Shown one piece after another: positions 60,960-64,000 of a stretch of 64,000 nucleotides of DNA (position 1 is the stretch's first letter; each line of letters opens with the position of its first letter). The notes below the pieces were generated by a model. That model was not told the origin of the DNA and ran no database searches. It worked only from the letters and a program-made list of their open reading frames with translations. The stretch covers positions 1,677,223-1,741,222 of the forward strand of contig OZ316892.1 of assembly GCA_973895155.1 (NCBI GenBank). The letters run 5' to 3'. Source of the stretch: Marsupella aquatica (Eukaryota; Plantae; Marchantiophyta). The position numbers and the translations under genes are program-made.

Positions 60960-63150
60960 GTCATTGCCTGTCCAAGAGGTCTAGAGAATTTCTTGCCTTT
61001 CAAGATGCAGTGTGAACATAAAGCAAGTACTATTTGTGGACAATCTTTGACCAAGGGACCAAAGGAGATGGAATCTTTGTCTGGGCTAAGGTACAGACCG
61101 TCGTGGGGAACTCTGCATTGGCTCAACTGTCTACACCCCCAATGAAAGAAGAAAGAGAATTGACATGTGGAAATGGCTAACTACAAAGTAACCTGGATCG
61201 ATTCAATTGGGTGCTAAGTGGAGATTGGAACATGACGGAGCTATGGGACGACATTGTGGGACCGAGCACACTCAATCATAGCTCCAAGGCCATGACGGAG
61301 TCAATACAGTTGGGGAGGGGAGTGAGACAGGGCTGTCCACTTTCCTCACTCCTTTTTACTCTCACTACTCAACCATTGATGGCTTTGGTTAAGCAGGATT
61401 TGGAGGATGGTCATTTGTAGGGAATGAGACTCTCTAAAGTGAACAATTTGTGCCACCAATTGTTTGCAGACAATAGTTGGCATGTTTCTTGCTCCCAAGG
61501 AACACGAATTCAACTAATTTTGCCTGGCCCAAGGCACAATTTAGCTACATGAGAATATGAGGGTACTCTTGAACGTTCAAAAGTCCAAGATCCTCCCGTT
61601 GTACTTAGAGGTCAGTGGGAATTGACCCTAGATGGATGCTTGAATCCACATGCTAGGTAGCTCAGGCGAGAGATATCACCGAGTATCTGGACTGCCCGTT
61701 TGGATACAAATTCAGCTCTCTCAGGAAACCAATTTCCTGCTTGGAAAAGTCATAAAGAGAATTCTCCACTGGTCGAACAGATGTCTGACCATGGCTAGGA
61801 GAGCAAACTTGTTGGGCCATGTCCTTTGGGCTATTCCTACGTACCACCTACAGACACTTGAACTTCAATCTACAAGATACAAGGAACTAGAGATATCATG
61901 CAAGAGGTTCCTGTGGGGCCAAAGGATACAAAAAAGCCCTTGTTGCTTGGTCAGATTTCGCTTCACCAAAAGCTATTAATAGGAGGACTGGGTATCAAAC
62001 CGTTTGAGGTGCAAGCTCAAGCCTTGAAAATGTGGCATGTCTCTAAACTCAATTTGGGTGAGGGGTGTGAATGGGTGAAGATGACCAGGGAATCATCAAG
62101 AAAGTGCTAAAGTAGGGAAGAAAGAAAGGAGGTGGTGGTCCCCTAGTGAAGCTCTCATGTTGGGCGAAGAGCTAATTATCAAAGGTTCTGCTACACTCAA
62201 AGGATTGTTGAAAGGGTCACTGTGGAAGATTAAGGACCAGTTACCAACTTTAGATTTCAGACTTGGTAAACTGCCATCTTCTCTAACAATGGAACAAACA
62301 ATACTTCTATACACTCACAACAGCCCAGTGAACACTTGTTTTACAATTGCAGCAAAGTGCAACAAAGATGGAGGGAAGTGAAGCAGCTGGTGCACGGATC
62401 CCCAACGCTGAACTTTCCCAACAAGTCTTTGTTTGAAGCTCTCCCGGGAGCTATCCATTGCCAAACGAGGAAACCCGAGCCACTGATCATCATTATGGAG
62501 ATGTGGAAGAGCATATGGAAGGAACGAAACTCAACGATCTACTCAAACTTTATGGGGAGTCCCAGGTTGGGTGGTCCTTTGGTACTCGGACCTTCACCTG
62601 AAGTCTGTGTTGGACATGTGCAATCCTGCTAAGAAAAGCAAGCAACTTACTTACGCAATATATTGAGCGATTGAAGGTTACTCTTTAGCCCTGGGAGGAG
62701 ACTGAAAGCCCAATCTCACTGAGCCCTATTGATGATGAAGGAGGTAATGCTTAAATACAGGCAACGGATTCGACCCTGTGTTGCGCACTGGTCAGGTGAG
62801 TGGGGAGTTTTATAACAGGGACAACCTTGAAAACAAAATCCCTTCCTAGGACTAAGGAGGTCTGAGGCATTACCATTTGTAAGCAACAGAATTGTAGGGA
62901 GCCAATCTTTTGTCAGATGTAGGGTTACCTTGGGTCTTTTCAGATTGGTATGAGGTGGACCTGGTTGCACATGGACTTGGGGGATGATCCCTTGGTGGAA
63001 GCTGGACATTGCCCCTTGGCCTGTTTAAGTTTTGCTTCCTTTGTTTGATTTGCGATGCTGTTGTTGGCCACCGGCCTCCGTCTCCTGGGTGGCATTTGTC
63101 CTCGGGGGTGTGGTTGTCGGGTTCAGGTCCCTTTCCTGCTATTGAAAAAA
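60960..63150 (+). mobile_element. Decayed, internally deleted L1-clade LINE (endonuclease and RT fragments)
   Basis: WVLSGDWN (AP endonuclease) is joined directly to LGRGVRQGCPLSSLLF, HQLFADN, LNVQKSKI, GGLGIK, EHLFYNC and IWKERN. Many stops and frameshifts. The T-rich 3' UTR ends gctattgaaaaaa. Confidence 0.85.
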
Positions 63151-64000
63151 TTAAATTAAATTTGTGGACAACAATGTGAATGGAATGTGAAATATCAGCC
63201 CCAATATGTCAGTATCATGCCATTTCCAATAATACTCAAACACTTCAAACTTGCCATTTCCAATAATACTCACTTCAAACTTTTGCATGAGAATGATTGT
63301 CACTTGGAAATTCCTTGGACTAGGCTACTTAGGACACAATCTCTTTCGTTGGACTTAGTTGAGGTATTCAAAGCACTTTAGACATGGCAAGTTATTCTGT
63401 ACCCTGAGTTAGGCTAGAGGCCAATCTTGGCATCATGACAGTTTTCAATATGATTGAAGACATGTTTCTATTATATATGACTTTTTTACATACATAGATT
63501 TACACATCCACTACATATATACCATTTCAATTGTGTACATATACTTCTCCAGTGTACCACGCAACACATCTATTTTTGCTTGCATGTAAGTTTTCAGTTA
63601 AATATGGCTGTGCATACCAACCATTGGTCTCTCACATGTTTCAATGTTGGTCATGATACTATAAATCACGAGGAGATAGAAGAGGGGCATCACCTAAGCC
63701 ATATAAGAAGGTTATGATAGAGGGTTTAGTTTTAGCTGAAAGGGAAACTAAGAAGTTACAGTAGAGTCCATATGGATGATGGTAAAGAGTATGTTAACAA
63801 TCAACAACCTATACAAGTGAGCTCAATGATTATTGTCATATTTTACTTCTGTAACTACCTGATGTGTGACCTGACACAATGTAATCGCAAATTGACTCAT
63901 GCTCAAGACTGGTTGGTGTTATATATATGAAGCCATGTTCTGTCAAATAACAGCTGTACAATGAATACAAAAAGAAATCGAATGAAATTTTTAACCTCTT

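Overview
Eukaryotic nuclear DNA from a land plant. The intron-rich host genes and repeat content look bryophyte-like, possibly a liverwort, which is an inference. Four spliced minus-strand genes were reconstructed exon by exon: a group II PLP-dependent aromatic amino acid decarboxylase-family enzyme whose catalytic-loop Tyr is Phe (aldehyde-synthase type), very-long-chain enoyl-CoA reductase (ECR/CER10), PsbR, and TIC100 (with a GC-AG intron). An intronless, secreted GH16 laminarinase-type beta-glucanase of fungal/actinobacterial rather than plant XTH type lies at 22.9-23.9 kb and is a horizontal-transfer candidate. Mobile DNA includes an apparently intact Pong-like PIF/Harbinger transposon (16-bp TIRs, TTA TSD, two convergent ORFs plus a possible third) and a decayed CRE-like RT/restriction-like-endonuclease non-LTR retrotransposon. 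The latter is nested in a ~0.5-kb repeat whose empty copy occurs elsewhere in this window, and that repeat in turn interrupts a minisatellite. Decayed L1-like LINEs, several MITE-like elements and tandem repeats are also present. All alignments were done by eye; no database search was run.
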